From contig JAGXOH010000003.1 of the NCBI GenBank assembly GCA_023659985.1, forward strand, positions 1-40,799: 40,799 nucleotides of DNA, in the 5' to 3' direction. Origin of the DNA: Candidatus Falkowbacteria bacterium LH_S3. GTDB lineage: Bacteria > Patescibacteriota > Patescibacteriia > Patescibacteriales > JAGXOH01. The translations under genes were made by a program, and so were the position numbers. Of this stretch, positions 1 to 10,659 are shown piece by piece; position 1 is the first letter of the stretch, and each line of letters starts with the position of its first letter. The notes beneath the pieces were generated by a model. It saw only the letters and a program-made list of their open reading frames with translations. It made no database searches and was not told where the DNA came from.

Positions 1-147
1 CTTTAAACAACATTAATTATCCCCAAAGTGTAACCTTGACCCTGCAACAGTACAAGACTTGCCAGTAGCTAAAGTGCTGAGCTTATTGTTAATTATTTTA
101 TTTTTTTGTCATTAAAGCCAAAGTGCCTGCAAGTAATTATTTTTATT

Positions 148-1641
148 ATGCTTCCTGATTTTATTTTAAATATCTTAAACCGGATTGAAGATAAAGGTTT
201 TGAGGCGTATGCAGTAGGGGGATGCGTACGTGATTTGTTAATGGAAAGAAATAATTATTTTGGGGACTGGGATATAACCACCAATGCTTTGCCTGAAAAT
301 ATTTTAGAGATATTCCCAGAGGCTAAATATAATAATGATTTCGGCACTGTTCTCGTTCCTTATGAGGATGAAAGCAATGGCAAATCAGTGGTGGAGATAA
401 CTACCTTTCGTTCTGAGAGTGACTATAGTGATAGGCGGCATCCGGATAAGGTTATCTTTGAAAAATATTTGGATAAAGATTTGAACAGAAGGGATTTCAC
501 TATTAACGCTTTGGCTATGAAACCTAAAGATAGTCAAAAATCCATTCCTTCAGATATCAAGAAATGGACTTTTGAAAAAAACAATTATGTTATAATTGAT
601 CTTTTCGGAGGAGTGAAAGATATGGACAAAAAGATTATCCGGGCAGTAGGAGAGCCAGTTGATAGGTTCAGGGAAGATGCTTTGAGAATGATGCGGGCTA
701 TTAGATTCGCTTGCCAATTGGGTTTTTCCTTAGAATATAAGACAGAGCGGGCTATTAAGAAAATGGCTGGTTCTTTGAAGTTTATTGCCAATGAAAGAAT
801 ACGGGATGAATTAATTAAAGTACTGGAATCAGAGTATGCGTCCGAAGGAGTGATGCTTCTTCATAAAAATAAATTGCTTCAATACATTTTACCTGAATTG
901 GAGTTAGGATTAGGAGTCAAGCAGGATCGTCATCATATCTATACCGTGTTTAAGCACTCGGTTCTTTCCCTTAAGAGTTGTCAGAACAAGGATTGGCGGG
1001 TAAAATTAGCCGCGCTCTTACATGACGTCGGCAAACCTAAGGTTAAAAAAATTATTAACGGTCAAGCCACTTTTTATAACCATGAATATGTTAGCGCCAA
1101 AATGATGTCCAAGATAGCTCAGAGGTTAAATCTTTCTAATAAAGATAGTGTAAAAATTATCACTTTGATTAAAAATCATATGTTTTATTATAATGTTGGA
1201 GAGGTTACCGCCAGCTCTGTCCGTCGTTTAATAAGAAAAGTAGGAGAAGACAACTTAAAAGAACTTATTGATATTAGAATGGCAGACAGATTGGGTTCCG
1301 GAGTTCCAAAAGCCAAGCCTTATAAATTAAGGCATTTGGAGTATATGATGAAAAAAGTAAGTAAGGATCCGATATCAGTAAAAATGTTAAAAATAAACGG
1401 TGATGATTTAATGAAAAAGTTGGAACTAAACCCTGGGCCTAAAATTGGAGCTATACAGGAAGTCCTATTATCCGAAGTCTTAGATGACCCAAGTTTGAAT
1501 AACAAAAGATATTTGCTAAGGAGAAGCAAGGAACTAAAAGAAAAACAGTTAACTAATTTAGCCAAAAAAGCTAAAAGAAAGATAGGCCAAGAACAAGAAG
1601 AGCAGGATAAAAAAATAAAACAAGAATTTAGCGTGAAATAA
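148..1641 (+). CDS. cca: CCA-adding tRNA nucleotidyltransferase (class II) with HD domain
   Basis: Motifs [33 protein letters not shown] and LLHDVGK. ATG at 148 preferred over the track's TTG at 106. Confidence 0.92.
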   Translation: MLPDFILNILNRIEDKGFEAYAVGGCVRDLLMERNNYFGDWDITTNALPENILEIFPEAKYNNDFGTVLVPYEDESNGKSVVEITTFRSESDYSDRRHPDKVIFEKYLDKDLNRRDFTINALAMKPKDSQKSIPSDIKKWTFEKNNYVIIDLFGGVKDMDKKIIRAVGEPVDRFREDALRMMRAIRFACQLGFSLEYKTERAIKKMAGSLKFIANERIRDELIKVLESEYASEGVMLLHKNKLLQYILPELELGLGVKQDRHHIYTVFKHSVLSLKSCQNKDWRVKLAALLHDVGKPKVKKIINGQATFYNHEYVSAKMMSKIAQRLNLSNKDSVKIITLIKNHMFYYNVGEVTASSVRRLIRKVGEDNLKELIDIRMADRLGSGVPKAKPYKLRHLEYMMKKVSKDPISVKMLKINGDDLMKKLELNPGPKIGAIQEVLLSEVLDDPSLNNKRYLLRRSKELKEKQLTNLAKKAKRKIGQEQEEQDKKIKQEFSVK

Positions 1642-1738
1642 GTATTAAATTATCTTAACCAATTTCCAATTTCTTGCCTTTTTTCTTAAACCTAAGAGAT
1701 TAGGAATTAGTCCATTAGAAATTAGAAATTTTATATCT

Positions 1739-2050
1739 ATGCAGATGAATATTACAGGTACCCAGATCACTTTAACCGATGACATCAAGGATTATATCCA
1801 AAGAAAAATGGATGTGTTAGAAAAATATTTAGGCGATATTCAGGTTATTAATTGCGATGTGGAAGTAGGTAAGGCGGTAAGTAAGCAACATAGCGGTTAT
1901 ATTTATAGAGCGGAAATAAATTTGCAAGTTCCTGGAGAGTTATTAAGGGTGGAAAAGACAGAAAAAGATCTACGAAAAGCCGTTGACAAAGTAAAGGATC
2001 ATATAGCTCGGTCAATCAAGAGATATAAAGGGAAAAAAGATAATAAATAG
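1739..2050 (+). CDS. hpf: Ribosome hibernation promoting factor (RaiA/HPF, short form)
   Basis: MQMNITGTQITLTDDIKDYIQRK...DLRKAVDKVKD..RSIKRYK; typical position upstream of secA. Confidence 0.9.
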   Translation: MQMNITGTQITLTDDIKDYIQRKMDVLEKYLGDIQVINCDVEVGKAVSKQHSGYIYRAEINLQVPGELLRVEKTEKDLRKAVDKVKDHIARSIKRYKGKKDNK

Positions 2051-2108
2051 TTTTTAAATTCCTTATTTGTTCAATAAATTAAATTAAATTCAATTATAAT
2101 AACCGATT

Positions 2109-4913
2109 ATGCGTAAAATTTTAGAAAAATTAGCAGGTGATCCAAATGAAAAAATACTTAAAACATTTCGTCCTTTGGTTAAGAAAATAAATGAATTTGA
2201 AGATAAATTTTCTAACATGAGTAATGATGAATTACAAGGAATGACTCGTCATTTTCAGGAAAGATTGGGGGTGGAGAATAAGACCAGAGAAGAAGTTTGG
2301 GGTAATGAAGAAAAAATAGATGAAAAAATGGAGGAAATATTACCAGAGGTCTTTGCCGTGGTTAGGGAGGCTGCTAAAAGAAAGTTAGGCCAAAGACATT
2401 TTGATGTTCAGCTTTTAGGAGGCATTAGTCTACATAAAGGCCAAATTGCGGAGATGAAAACAGGTGAGGGCAAGACTCTGGTTGCTATTCTGCCTATTTA
2501 TCTTAACGCTTTGACTAAAAGAGGGGCTCACTTAGTAACCGTTAATGACTATTTAGCTAAGATGGGTTCTGGCTGGATGGGGCCAATATATACTTTTTTA
2601 GGTATGAGTGTGGGAGTAATAACTCATTCTGCTTCTTATGTATATGATGAGGAATATTCAGATGATAACGAATATGATGAGAGGTTAAGTCATTTTCGGC
2701 CTGCTCAAAGGCAAGAAGCTTATAGTTGCGATATTGTTTACGGAACCAATAATGAATTTGGGTTTGACTGTCTTCGTGACAATATGGCTCACTCTTTCAA
2801 AGATCAAGTTCAAGGAGAGTTAAATTTCACCATTATTGATGAAGCAGATTCTATTTTAATTGATGAAGCCAGAACTCCTTTGATTATCAGCGCTCCGGCA
2901 GAGGAGTCCACTGATAAATATTTTCAATTCGCTCGGCTTGTAAGCAGATTGCAAGAAGAAGAAGATTATAATGTAGATGAAAAAATGAAAGCAGTTACTT
3001 TAAGCGAGCAGGGGATAAGTAAAATGGAGAAGTGGTTGGGTATGGATAATATTTATGTGGAAAAAGGTATTCAAGAAGTTCATCATATTGAACAGGCTTT
3101 AAAGGCTCAAGTATTATTTAAGAGAGAAAGGGATTATGTAGTAAAAGACGGTGGGGTTGTTATTGTTGATGAATTTACAGGCAGATTAATGCCTGGCAGA
3201 AGATATAGCGAAGGCCTCCATCAAGCTATAGAAGCAAAAGAAAATTTAGAAATACAAAGAGAATCTCAAACTTTAGCCACTATAACATTTCAAAATTTTT
3301 TTAGAATGTATAGAAAAATAAGTGGTATGACTGGCACGGCAGAAACAGAGGCTGAAGAATTCTCTCAGATTTATCATCTGGAAACAGTGGTTATTCCAAC
3401 TCACAAACCTATGATAAGAAAAGATTATAATGATTTGGTTTTCAGAAATGAAAATGGTAAGTTTAAGAGTATTATTAAAGATGTGGAAGAAAGAAATAAA
3501 AAAGGACAGCCTATCCTGATAGGCACAATTTCTATTGAGAAAAATGAAAAATTAGCTGAAATGATGAACAGAGAAGGTTTAAAACCGGAAGTGTTAAATG
3601 CCAAAAACCATGAAAGAGAGGCGCAAATAATTTCTCAAGCCGGTCAGCCTGGAGTTATTACTATTGCCACTAATATGGCAGGCCGAGGTGTGGATATTGT
3701 ATTAGGAGGAAATCCCCCTAACCAGGAAGAGCAGGAAAAAGTAAAACAAGTTGGAGGTTTGCATGTATTGGGCACAGAAAGGCATGAAGCTAGGCGAATA
3801 GACAATCAATTGCGAGGCAGGTCTGGTCGTCAAGGAGATTCCGGGTCTTCACAGTTCTATGTTTCGGCTGAAGATGATTTGATGCGTATATTTGGGGGAG
3901 AGAGAATGCAAAAGATTATGAGGACCCTTCAAGTTTCAGAGGATACTCCGGTAGAAAATAAAGTTGTTTCTCGATCTATAGAGTCTGCCCAGAAAAAAGT
4001 GGAAGGGAATAATTTTGATATCAGAAAACATTTGGTTGAGTTTGATGATGTTATTAACAAGCACAGAGAAGCTATTTATGGCAGACGCAAAGAAATATTA
4101 AGGCTATCTGAAGGTAAGGAAATATCTTCCACTTCTTCAGAGACCACTTATTCTGATTTGTCAGCCATAGTATTGGAAATGGTGGAAAATGAAATTGAGC
4201 AAGTAGTTAGTCTTCATACCGCGGCTGAAGATATTAATAATTGGGATATGGAAAAAGTTTATCAAGCAATATTCACTATTTTTCCAGTAAAAGAAAAGTT
4301 AAAACAAGATTTGTTTAAACAGACAGGAGGTGATAATAAAAAATTAGATAAAGCAAAAATAAGAACCGTTATTATTGAACATTTAATGAAGTTGGCTAAT
4401 GATAATTATAAGGAGATAAAGAATCAATTTCAAGCTGCAGGATTGGGAGTGGATTGGTATTCAATTGAAAAGAGTGTGTTGCTTCGTTCTATAGATACTC
4501 TATGGGTAGAGCATCTGGACGCGATGAGCCGCTTACGCCAAGGAGTTGGTTTACGCGGTTATGGTCAGCGCGATCCGTTAGTTGAATATAAAAAAGAAGC
4601 TTATAGGATGTTTAATGAATTAAATGATATGATACAGAAACAGGTGGTATATAGTATTTATAAGTTAAGTGCTATAGATAGTTCTTTCGGAGATACTTTT
4701 GCCGCTCCTACTTTAGCTGAGAGAGCCAGACAATTTCAAGCTCCATCCAAAACAATGAGCTCTTATAGCGGAGCTGATACTTCTTCAGGGAATTCTACTA
4801 CTACAACAATGAATGTTTCTAAGCCCAAAAATAATCAAGGAGAAAAAGTGGGCAGGAATGACCCATGTCCATGCGGGAGCGGAAAAAAATATAAAAAATG
4901 TTGCGGACGATAA
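2109..4913 (+). CDS. secA: Preprotein translocase ATPase SecA
   Basis: EMKTGEGKT, IIDEADSILIDEARTPLIIS, QLRGRSGRQGD and C-terminal SEC-C motif GRNDPCPCGSGKKYKKCC. Confidence 0.99.
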   Translation: MRKILEKLAGDPNEKILKTFRPLVKKINEFEDKFSNMSNDELQGMTRHFQERLGVENKTREEVWGNEEKIDEKMEEILPEVFAVVREAAKRKLGQRHFDVQLLGGISLHKGQIAEMKTGEGKTLVAILPIYLNALTKRGAHLVTVNDYLAKMGSGWMGPIYTFLGMSVGVITHSASYVYDEEYSDDNEYDERLSHFRPAQRQEAYSCDIVYGTNNEFGFDCLRDNMAHSFKDQVQGELNFTIIDEADSILIDEARTPLIISAPAEESTDKYFQFARLVSRLQEEEDYNVDEKMKAVTLSEQGISKMEKWLGMDNIYVEKGIQEVHHIEQALKAQVLFKRERDYVVKDGGVVIVDEFTGRLMPGRRYSEGLHQAIEAKENLEIQRESQTLATITFQNFFRMYRKISGMTGTAETEAEEFSQIYHLETVVIPTHKPMIRKDYNDLVFRNENGKFKSIIKDVEERNKKGQPILIGTISIEKNEKLAEMMNREGLKPEVLNAKNHEREAQIISQAGQPGVITIATNMAGRGVDIVLGGNPPNQEEQEKVKQVGGLHVLGTERHEARRIDNQLRGRSGRQGDSGSSQFYVSAEDDLMRIFGGERMQKIMRTLQVSEDTPVENKVVSRSIESAQKKVEGNNFDIRKHLVEFDDVINKHREAIYGRRKEILRLSEGKEISSTSSETTYSDLSAIVLEMVENEIEQVVSLHTAAEDINNWDMEKVYQAIFTIFPVKEKLKQDLFKQTGGDNKKLDKAKIRTVIIEHLMKLANDNYKEIKNQFQAAGLGVDWYSIEKSVLLRSIDTLWVEHLDAMSRLRQGVGLRGYGQRDPLVEYKKEAYRMFNELNDMIQKQVVYSIYKLSAIDSSFGDTFAAPTLAERARQFQAPSKTMSSYSGADTSSGNSTTTTMNVSKPKNNQGEKVGRNDPCPCGSGKKYKKCCGR

Positions 4914-4993
4914 GTTTAAATTGAAAAATGGAAATTCTAAGATTAGGTTTTCTCAGTAACGAATTTTCAATTTCAAATTTTTAATTTCTTTTT

Positions 4994-6133
4994 ATGGAAA
5001 TCTTTATTATTTTACTTTTAATCCTTCTTTTTTTTGGTATTTTAGCAGTTATTCTTATGCTTTATCGCAACAACTCTAGCTCTGATCGCCTTATTTCCAT
5101 GAAGGAGCAGGTTGACCAATTATCTCGACAGAACGAAGAGCTGCGCAAAACATTAGATCAAAAATTAAGTGAAAATTATAAAGCTACTCAACATCAATTA
5201 GATCGGAGTACAAATGTTATGCAAAATGTAACTGATCAGGCTAATAAGCTAATGTCTGATATTCATAAGCAAAGCCAAAATTTAATCACCAATGTTTCGG
5301 AAAAATTAACTAAATTAGATGAAACAAATAAACAGGTGGTTGATTTTTCCAGTCAGCTAAAAAATTTACAAGATATATTACAAAATCCCAAGCAGAGAGG
5401 TGTTTTGGGTGAATATTTTCTGGAAGAGACCTTAAAAAATGTCCTACCCCCGAATTCTTACAGTATGCAGTATAATCTGGGTAAAGATAAAAAGACAGGA
5501 CAAGAGTTATTAGTGGATGCGGTGGTTTTTGTCAAGGATAAGATTATTCCTGTTGATTCCAAATTTTCTTTGGAAAATTATGAAAAAATATTAAAATCTC
5601 AAGATAAAGAAGAAAGAAAGAAGTGGGAAAGCCAGTTCCGCCAAGACTTAAAGACTAGGATTGATGAAACCGCTAAATATATTCGTCCGGATAAAGGAAC
5701 TTTAGAATTTGCTTTTATGTTTATTTCTTCTGAAGCTATTTATTACGATTTATTGATCAATAAAGTGGGCGCGGTTAAAGTTAGTTCCCTGGATTTAATA
5801 GAATATGCTTTTCGGGATAAAAAGGTGATAATAGTTTCTCCTACCTCATTTTTGGCTTATCTACAGACTGTGCTTCAAGGATTAAGGGCAATGCAAATAG
5901 AGGAGTCTGCCAAAGATATTAAATCCAATGTGGAGAAATTAAGCAGTCATATTTTAAGTTACGAGAATTTTATAAAAAAGATGGGCAATAGTTTGGGAAC
6001 TACGGTTAACCATTATAATTATGCTTATAAAGAATTTAAGAAAATAGATAAGGATATAGTCAAAATTACAGGTAAAGAGCATGAGGTAGAACCTGAAAAC
6101 GTGGATAAACCCAAGTTGGAAGAGGAAGACTAA
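4994..6133 (+). CDS. rmuC: DNA recombination protein RmuC
   Basis: N-terminal TM segment, coiled coil, then KQRGVLGE..LE, VDSKF, FAFMFI and IVSPTS motifs. Confidence 0.93.
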   Translation: MEIFIILLLILLFFGILAVILMLYRNNSSSDRLISMKEQVDQLSRQNEELRKTLDQKLSENYKATQHQLDRSTNVMQNVTDQANKLMSDIHKQSQNLITNVSEKLTKLDETNKQVVDFSSQLKNLQDILQNPKQRGVLGEYFLEETLKNVLPPNSYSMQYNLGKDKKTGQELLVDAVVFVKDKIIPVDSKFSLENYEKILKSQDKEERKKWESQFRQDLKTRIDETAKYIRPDKGTLEFAFMFISSEAIYYDLLINKVGAVKVSSLDLIEYAFRDKKVIIVSPTSFLAYLQTVLQGLRAMQIEESAKDIKSNVEKLSSHILSYENFIKKMGNSLGTTVNHYNYAYKEFKKIDKDIVKITGKEHEVEPENVDKPKLEEED

Positions 6134-6267
6134 AATATTATAATTTTCAATACTCAAATTTTAAATTTACATAAATTCTTATACCAAATTTAAGATTGTT
6201 TTGGATTTTGGTTATTGTAATTTATTTGAAATTTGGTGCTTATCATTTAGTTTTTTTGCAAGATCTT

Positions 6268-7158
6268 ATGTTAAAAGAGGCAATTGTTCGCACCATCACT
6301 TTTTTTGATCTTTTTGATTATCCCTTGACATCCACTGAAGTCTGGGAGTATATCGGAGTTAAGTGTGGTCTTAGAGAAGTTATTGTAATTTTGCAACAAA
6401 TGGTTGGCAAGGAAATCGGGCAAAAGGATGGGTTTTATTTTTTAAAAGAAAGAGATGAGATAGTGGAGATTAGAAGACAAAGATATAATTATTTTAAAAA
6501 AAAGTTGGCCAGAACTAAAAATATTTGCCGAATTTTTAGGTATATCCCTGGGATTAAGACAATAGCCATTAGCAATGTGATCGGAGGATATAATTTAAGA
6601 TATGGCGGTGATCTTGATTTTTTTATTATAACAGAAAAAGATAAAATTTGGTTGTCTAGATTTATGGCGGTAGCTATTACCGCATTGCTAGGATTAAGAC
6701 CCACTCCTCAAAAACAAATGAATAAAATCTGTTTGAATTTCTTTTTATCTGAAAATGGTCCGAGTATTAAAAAATTGAAAATAGAAAACGATATTTATTT
6801 TGATTACTGGATAGCAGGTTTAATTCCTGTCTATGACCGAGACGAAACTTTTGACTCTTTTATAAATGTTAATTCTCGAATAAAAAATATTTTCCCTAAT
6901 AGAAATTTTGGTTATAGTAGTTTTAGAGGACAGATTAATAAACAGCCGAGCCGATATACATTGAAAATATTAAATTTTATTTTCGGATGGTTTGAGAATA
7001 TTTTAAAAAAGGTTCAATTAAAATTATTAGCCCCAGAGCTTAAAAAAATAATGAATCAAGATACTCGGGTAGTTATAAATGACAGAGTTTTTAAATTGCA
7101 TACCCATGATAGAAGGGAGGAGTTTAGGGAAAAATATAAAAGAATGATAAATAATTAA
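6268..7158 (+). CDS. Hypothetical protein with nucleotidyltransferase-like motif
   Basis: Long ORF with FDYPLT N-terminus and GGDLDFFII (DxD) motif. ATG at 6268 chosen; the track's extension reads through repeat-like DNA. Confidence 0.6.
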   Translation: MLKEAIVRTITFFDLFDYPLTSTEVWEYIGVKCGLREVIVILQQMVGKEIGQKDGFYFLKERDEIVEIRRQRYNYFKKKLARTKNICRIFRYIPGIKTIAISNVIGGYNLRYGGDLDFFIITEKDKIWLSRFMAVAITALLGLRPTPQKQMNKICLNFFLSENGPSIKKLKIENDIYFDYWIAGLIPVYDRDETFDSFINVNSRIKNIFPNRNFGYSSFRGQINKQPSRYTLKILNFIFGWFENILKKVQLKLLAPELKKIMNQDTRVVINDRVFKLHTHDRREEFREKYKRMINN

Positions 7159-7645
7159 GCAAAGCTTAATTGTTGAAAGTTGAAGGTTAAACGTTGAACG
7201 TTGAAGGTAAATTGAATTAAGCAAAGCATTTTAAATTAAGCAAAGCTTAATTGTTGAAGGTTGAAGGTTGAATGTTGAAAGAATAATTTGCCTTCTGCTA
7301 AATTGTTGAAAGTTGAAAGTTGAATGTTGAAAGTAAATTGAATTAAGCAGAGCTTAATTGTTGAAGGTTGAACGTTGAATGTTGAAAGAATAATTTGCCT
7401 TCGACAAATTGTTAAAAATTAAAAGTTGAACGTTGAAGGTTGAAAGAATAATTTGCCTTCTGCTAAATTGTTGAAGGTTGAAGGTTGAATGTTGAAGGTT
7501 GAAGGTTGAACGTTGAAAGAATAATTTGCCTTTGGCAAATTGTTGAAGGTTGAAGGTCGAACGTTGAAAGAATAATTTGCCTTCTGCTAAATTGTTGAAT
7601 GTTGAACGTTGAATGTTGAAAGAATCAATTGAATTAAGCAAAGTT
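7153..7645 (+). repeat. Composite tandem array of 19-20 nt hairpins alternating with (GTTGAAN)4-7
   Basis: About 10 hairpin units (AATTAAGC-AAA-GCTTAATT or AATTTGCC-TTC-[TGCT/GGC]AAATT), eight of them followed by GTTGAAN heptamer runs. Confidence 0.95.
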
Positions 7646-7656
7646 TAGAAAACATT

Positions 7657-8961
7657 ATGTCTAGGTTTCAAAAAATAATAGAATATACTCTGTATCTTTT
7701 TGTTTTTCTTTTACCTTTTGGGACGCGTTATTTTATTGAGAAAGGTTTTGTAAATGGAGGTTATTTAGAATACAAAACCATTAGTTTGTATCTTTCGGAC
7801 ATTGTCTTGGTGTTTCTTTTAACATTTTTTTTGGTTCACCAATTTTTAAAAGTAAAAAAGTTTGGCTCTAAACATAATATTTCCTTGATTTGGTGGCTTA
7901 TTTCAGGGTTGGATTTAGCAGTGTTTATTTCCATTTTTCAGTCCCCTGATCATATTTTAGCTCTTTATAAATATGTAGTCTTTTTATTAGGTGTTGGTTT
8001 ATTTTGGGTAATTATTAGAATCAATTATTCTAAAGCCAAACTATATTTCAGCTTGTTGATAGCTTTGGCTATTCAAGCCAGTATTGGGATTTGGCAGTTT
8101 CTTTCCCAATCTGATTTTGCCTCTAAGTGGTTGGGAATGGCTATTCATCTGCCATCTCAAGCAGGAACTTCGGTAGTGGCGGTGGCTAGTCAAGGAGAAA
8201 GATGGTTGCGTGCTTATGGTGGTATGGATCACCCAAATATATTGGGAGGAGCATTAGTTATAGGAATACTTTTAACAATTTGGATGTTGGTCACTCCAAA
8301 AGGACAGAGGATAAAGGACAAAATTATACATTACGTCCTACTATTTGTTTTCACAACAGCTATTTTTTTTACTTTTTCTCGCTCTTCCTGGTTAAGTCTG
8401 TTTGTCGGATGTTTTATCATCTTAACTTTGAATTACACAAAAGGAGAAAAGAGAATTGCCAGGCAAGTCACTAAAGTTTTGGGGGTAATGGCAGTTTTGG
8501 TGGTTGTTTTAGTGGTGCAATTCCAAAATCTTGTCAATACTCGATTATTCACTACTAGCAGATTAGAAGTTAAGTCCAATGTTAGGCGAGTGGAATTATT
8601 GCAAAGCTCAAGCGATATAATAGGCCAAAATTTTGTTTTCGGGACCGGTGTTGGTAATTATTCTTTGGCTTTAGTTAAAGAAAAGCCGGATCAACCGGCA
8701 TGGACCTATCAGCCGGTGCATAACAGTTTTTTGTTAGTGCTTTCAGAAATAGGCTTTTTCGGTTTTATATTTTTTATTAGTGTGTTGGTATGGATAGGCT
8801 TAATTGTTTATAAGAGAAAAGATTATTTAGGCTTGTCTATTTTGTTTGGTTTGCTAATATTGATGATGTTTGAGCATTGGCTATGGAGCCTTCATTTTGG
8901 AATATTGTTTTTATGGTTAATATTAGGACTAGTGTATAAAAAGCCACAGGTAAGCAGTTAA
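7657..8961 (+). CDS. O-antigen ligase / O-oligosaccharyltransferase (Wzy_C family) membrane protein
   Basis: Polytopic membrane protein with RAYGGMDHPNILGG, TFSRSSW, GTGVGNY and PVHNSFLLVLSEIG. Confidence 0.85.
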   Translation: MSRFQKIIEYTLYLFVFLLPFGTRYFIEKGFVNGGYLEYKTISLYLSDIVLVFLLTFFLVHQFLKVKKFGSKHNISLIWWLISGLDLAVFISIFQSPDHILALYKYVVFLLGVGLFWVIIRINYSKAKLYFSLLIALAIQASIGIWQFLSQSDFASKWLGMAIHLPSQAGTSVVAVASQGERWLRAYGGMDHPNILGGALVIGILLTIWMLVTPKGQRIKDKIIHYVLLFVFTTAIFFTFSRSSWLSLFVGCFIILTLNYTKGEKRIARQVTKVLGVMAVLVVVLVVQFQNLVNTRLFTTSRLEVKSNVRRVELLQSSSDIIGQNFVFGTGVGNYSLALVKEKPDQPAWTYQPVHNSFLLVLSEIGFFGFIFFISVLVWIGLIVYKRKDYLGLSILFGLLILMMFEHWLWSLHFGILFLWLILGLVYKKPQVSS

Positions 8962-9012
8962 TTTTTTAATTTCCCCACTATTGATTGCTTTTTAATTTTT
9001 AATAATTAAACT

Positions 9013-10275
9013 ATGTATAAACAAAAAAAGTTGAATAATGGTCTTAAGATTCTAACCGTTCCCACTCAAGGAACCGAAACAATTACTATTTTTGTTTTAT
9101 TTAAAACCGGGTCTAAATATGAAGATAAATATAATAATGGTATTTCTCATTTTCTGGAGCACATGTTTTTCAAGGGCACGACCAACCGTCCGGTTGCATT
9201 GGATATAGCCAGTGAGTTGGACAGTATAGGAGGAGAGTATAATGCTTTTACAGGTAAAGAATGCACCGGGTATTTAATGAAGGTGGCGACTGGCAAAATA
9301 AAAACCGCGTTGGATGTTATGAATGATATTTTAATGAATTCTAAGTTTGAGGCTGAAGAAATAGAAAGAGAAAAAGGGGTTATTATTGAGGAGATAAATA
9401 TGGATCATGATAACCCTATGATGTATATTGAAGATGTTTTTGAGCAAGGCTTATATGGAGATACTCCTGCAGGTTGGGAAATATCTGGTCCTAAGGAAAA
9501 TGTCCAGAACTTTGATAGATTGAATTTTCTGAAGTATTTTAATAGCCAATATGGAGCCAATAACGCTTTGGTGTGTGCTACTGGCGCTTTGCCTGAAAAT
9601 GTTGATAATCTGTTAGAGGAATATTTTTGTAATTTCCATAAAACTGATTGCCATGACAAATTGAAAGTTATTGAAAACCAAAATTCTCCTCAAGTTAAAT
9701 TACACAAGAAAACTACTGATCAAGTTAATCTATCTTTAGGAGTGAGAACATATCCGGCAGGAGATAAGTATGAGGCAACTTTAAAATTGATTTCAATTAT
9801 TTTGGGCGGATCCATGAGTTCTCGATTGTTTACAAAATTGCGGGAAAGACATGGTTTGGCTTATTATGTTAGAACTCAATCAGAAGCAAACTCCGATTCT
9901 GGGTATTTAACTACTAACGCCGGCATTCCGGTGGATTTGGAAGGTAGGGCTATAGGTATAATTTTAGATGAGTATAAAAGATTAAAAAAAGAAAAAGTGG
10001 ATGAAAAAGAATTACAGAGAAACAAAGATATGATCAGAGGTAGAACCACCATTAAACTAGAGGCCTCGGAAAATGTAGCTAAATGGTTTGCTGATAGTTG
10101 GGTGTTAAGAGATGAGGTGTTAACTCCCAAAGATTTTTTAAATAAAATTGAGGAGGTAACAGCTGAAGATATACACAAAGTAGCTCAAGATATATTTAGG
10201 CCTGATAAGTTAAATTTAGCCATTATCGGTCCATTTGAGCAAGATTGGGGATTTAGCAAATACTTGAACTTATAA
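9013..10275 (+). CDS. M16 family zinc peptidase
   Basis: Inverted zinc motif HFLEH, NAFT and GGSMSSRLF..LRE. Confidence 0.95.
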   Translation: MYKQKKLNNGLKILTVPTQGTETITIFVLFKTGSKYEDKYNNGISHFLEHMFFKGTTNRPVALDIASELDSIGGEYNAFTGKECTGYLMKVATGKIKTALDVMNDILMNSKFEAEEIEREKGVIIEEINMDHDNPMMYIEDVFEQGLYGDTPAGWEISGPKENVQNFDRLNFLKYFNSQYGANNALVCATGALPENVDNLLEEYFCNFHKTDCHDKLKVIENQNSPQVKLHKKTTDQVNLSLGVRTYPAGDKYEATLKLISIILGGSMSSRLFTKLRERHGLAYYVRTQSEANSDSGYLTTNAGIPVDLEGRAIGIILDEYKRLKKEKVDEKELQRNKDMIRGRTTIKLEASENVAKWFADSWVLRDEVLTPKDFLNKIEEVTAEDIHKVAQDIFRPDKLNLAIIGPFEQDWGFSKYLNL

Positions 10276-10582
10276 TAGTCAACTAATATTTGATTTACTT
10301 TAGGGTTTTTGTTAAAATTCAATTATTAGTTTTGCTTAAAATAAATAGTACATACTAAAGTACATACTAAAGTAAGTACTAATTTATATATATCCAGAAA
10401 AGTAGGAAAAAGTAGGAATAGTTTTAGTTAACTCTAAGGATTATGTTAATAAATTCTTGGCTGAATCTCGGGATAGCCTGTTGGAGCAGTAGTTTTATTG
10501 ATTTTAATGTCGGTGTAATTGGTTGATAATGTCAGTAGTGAAACTTCTCTTAGAATATATAAGAAATAATTATTTTATAATA

Positions 10583-10659
10583 GGGCGCATAGCTCAGTTG
10601 GTCAGAGCGCATCGCTGATAACGATGAGGTCGATGGTTCGAATCCATCTGCGCCCACCA
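10583..10659 (+). tRNA. tRNA-Ile(GAT)
   Basis: Cloverleaf, anticodon loop CTGATAA, TTCGAAT T-loop, encoded CCA. Confidence 0.97.

Noticed and set aside
7354-7641. 95-aa minus-strand ORF (also 7027-7224, 24630-24866 and the 19905-19958 extension)
   Set aside because: These are translations of repeat DNA (STFNLQ-type periodic peptides) with no coding support.
7153-7645. CRISPR array (palindromic repeats at roughly 50-70 nt spacing, GTTGAAAG resembling repeat ends)
   Set aside because: The intervening sequences are themselves heptamer repeats rather than unique spacers, and no core cas genes are in the window.
10424-10451. dif-like site (TTATGTTAATA arm)
   Set aside because: The left arm is out of register for an 11-6-11 layout and there is no compositional switch here.
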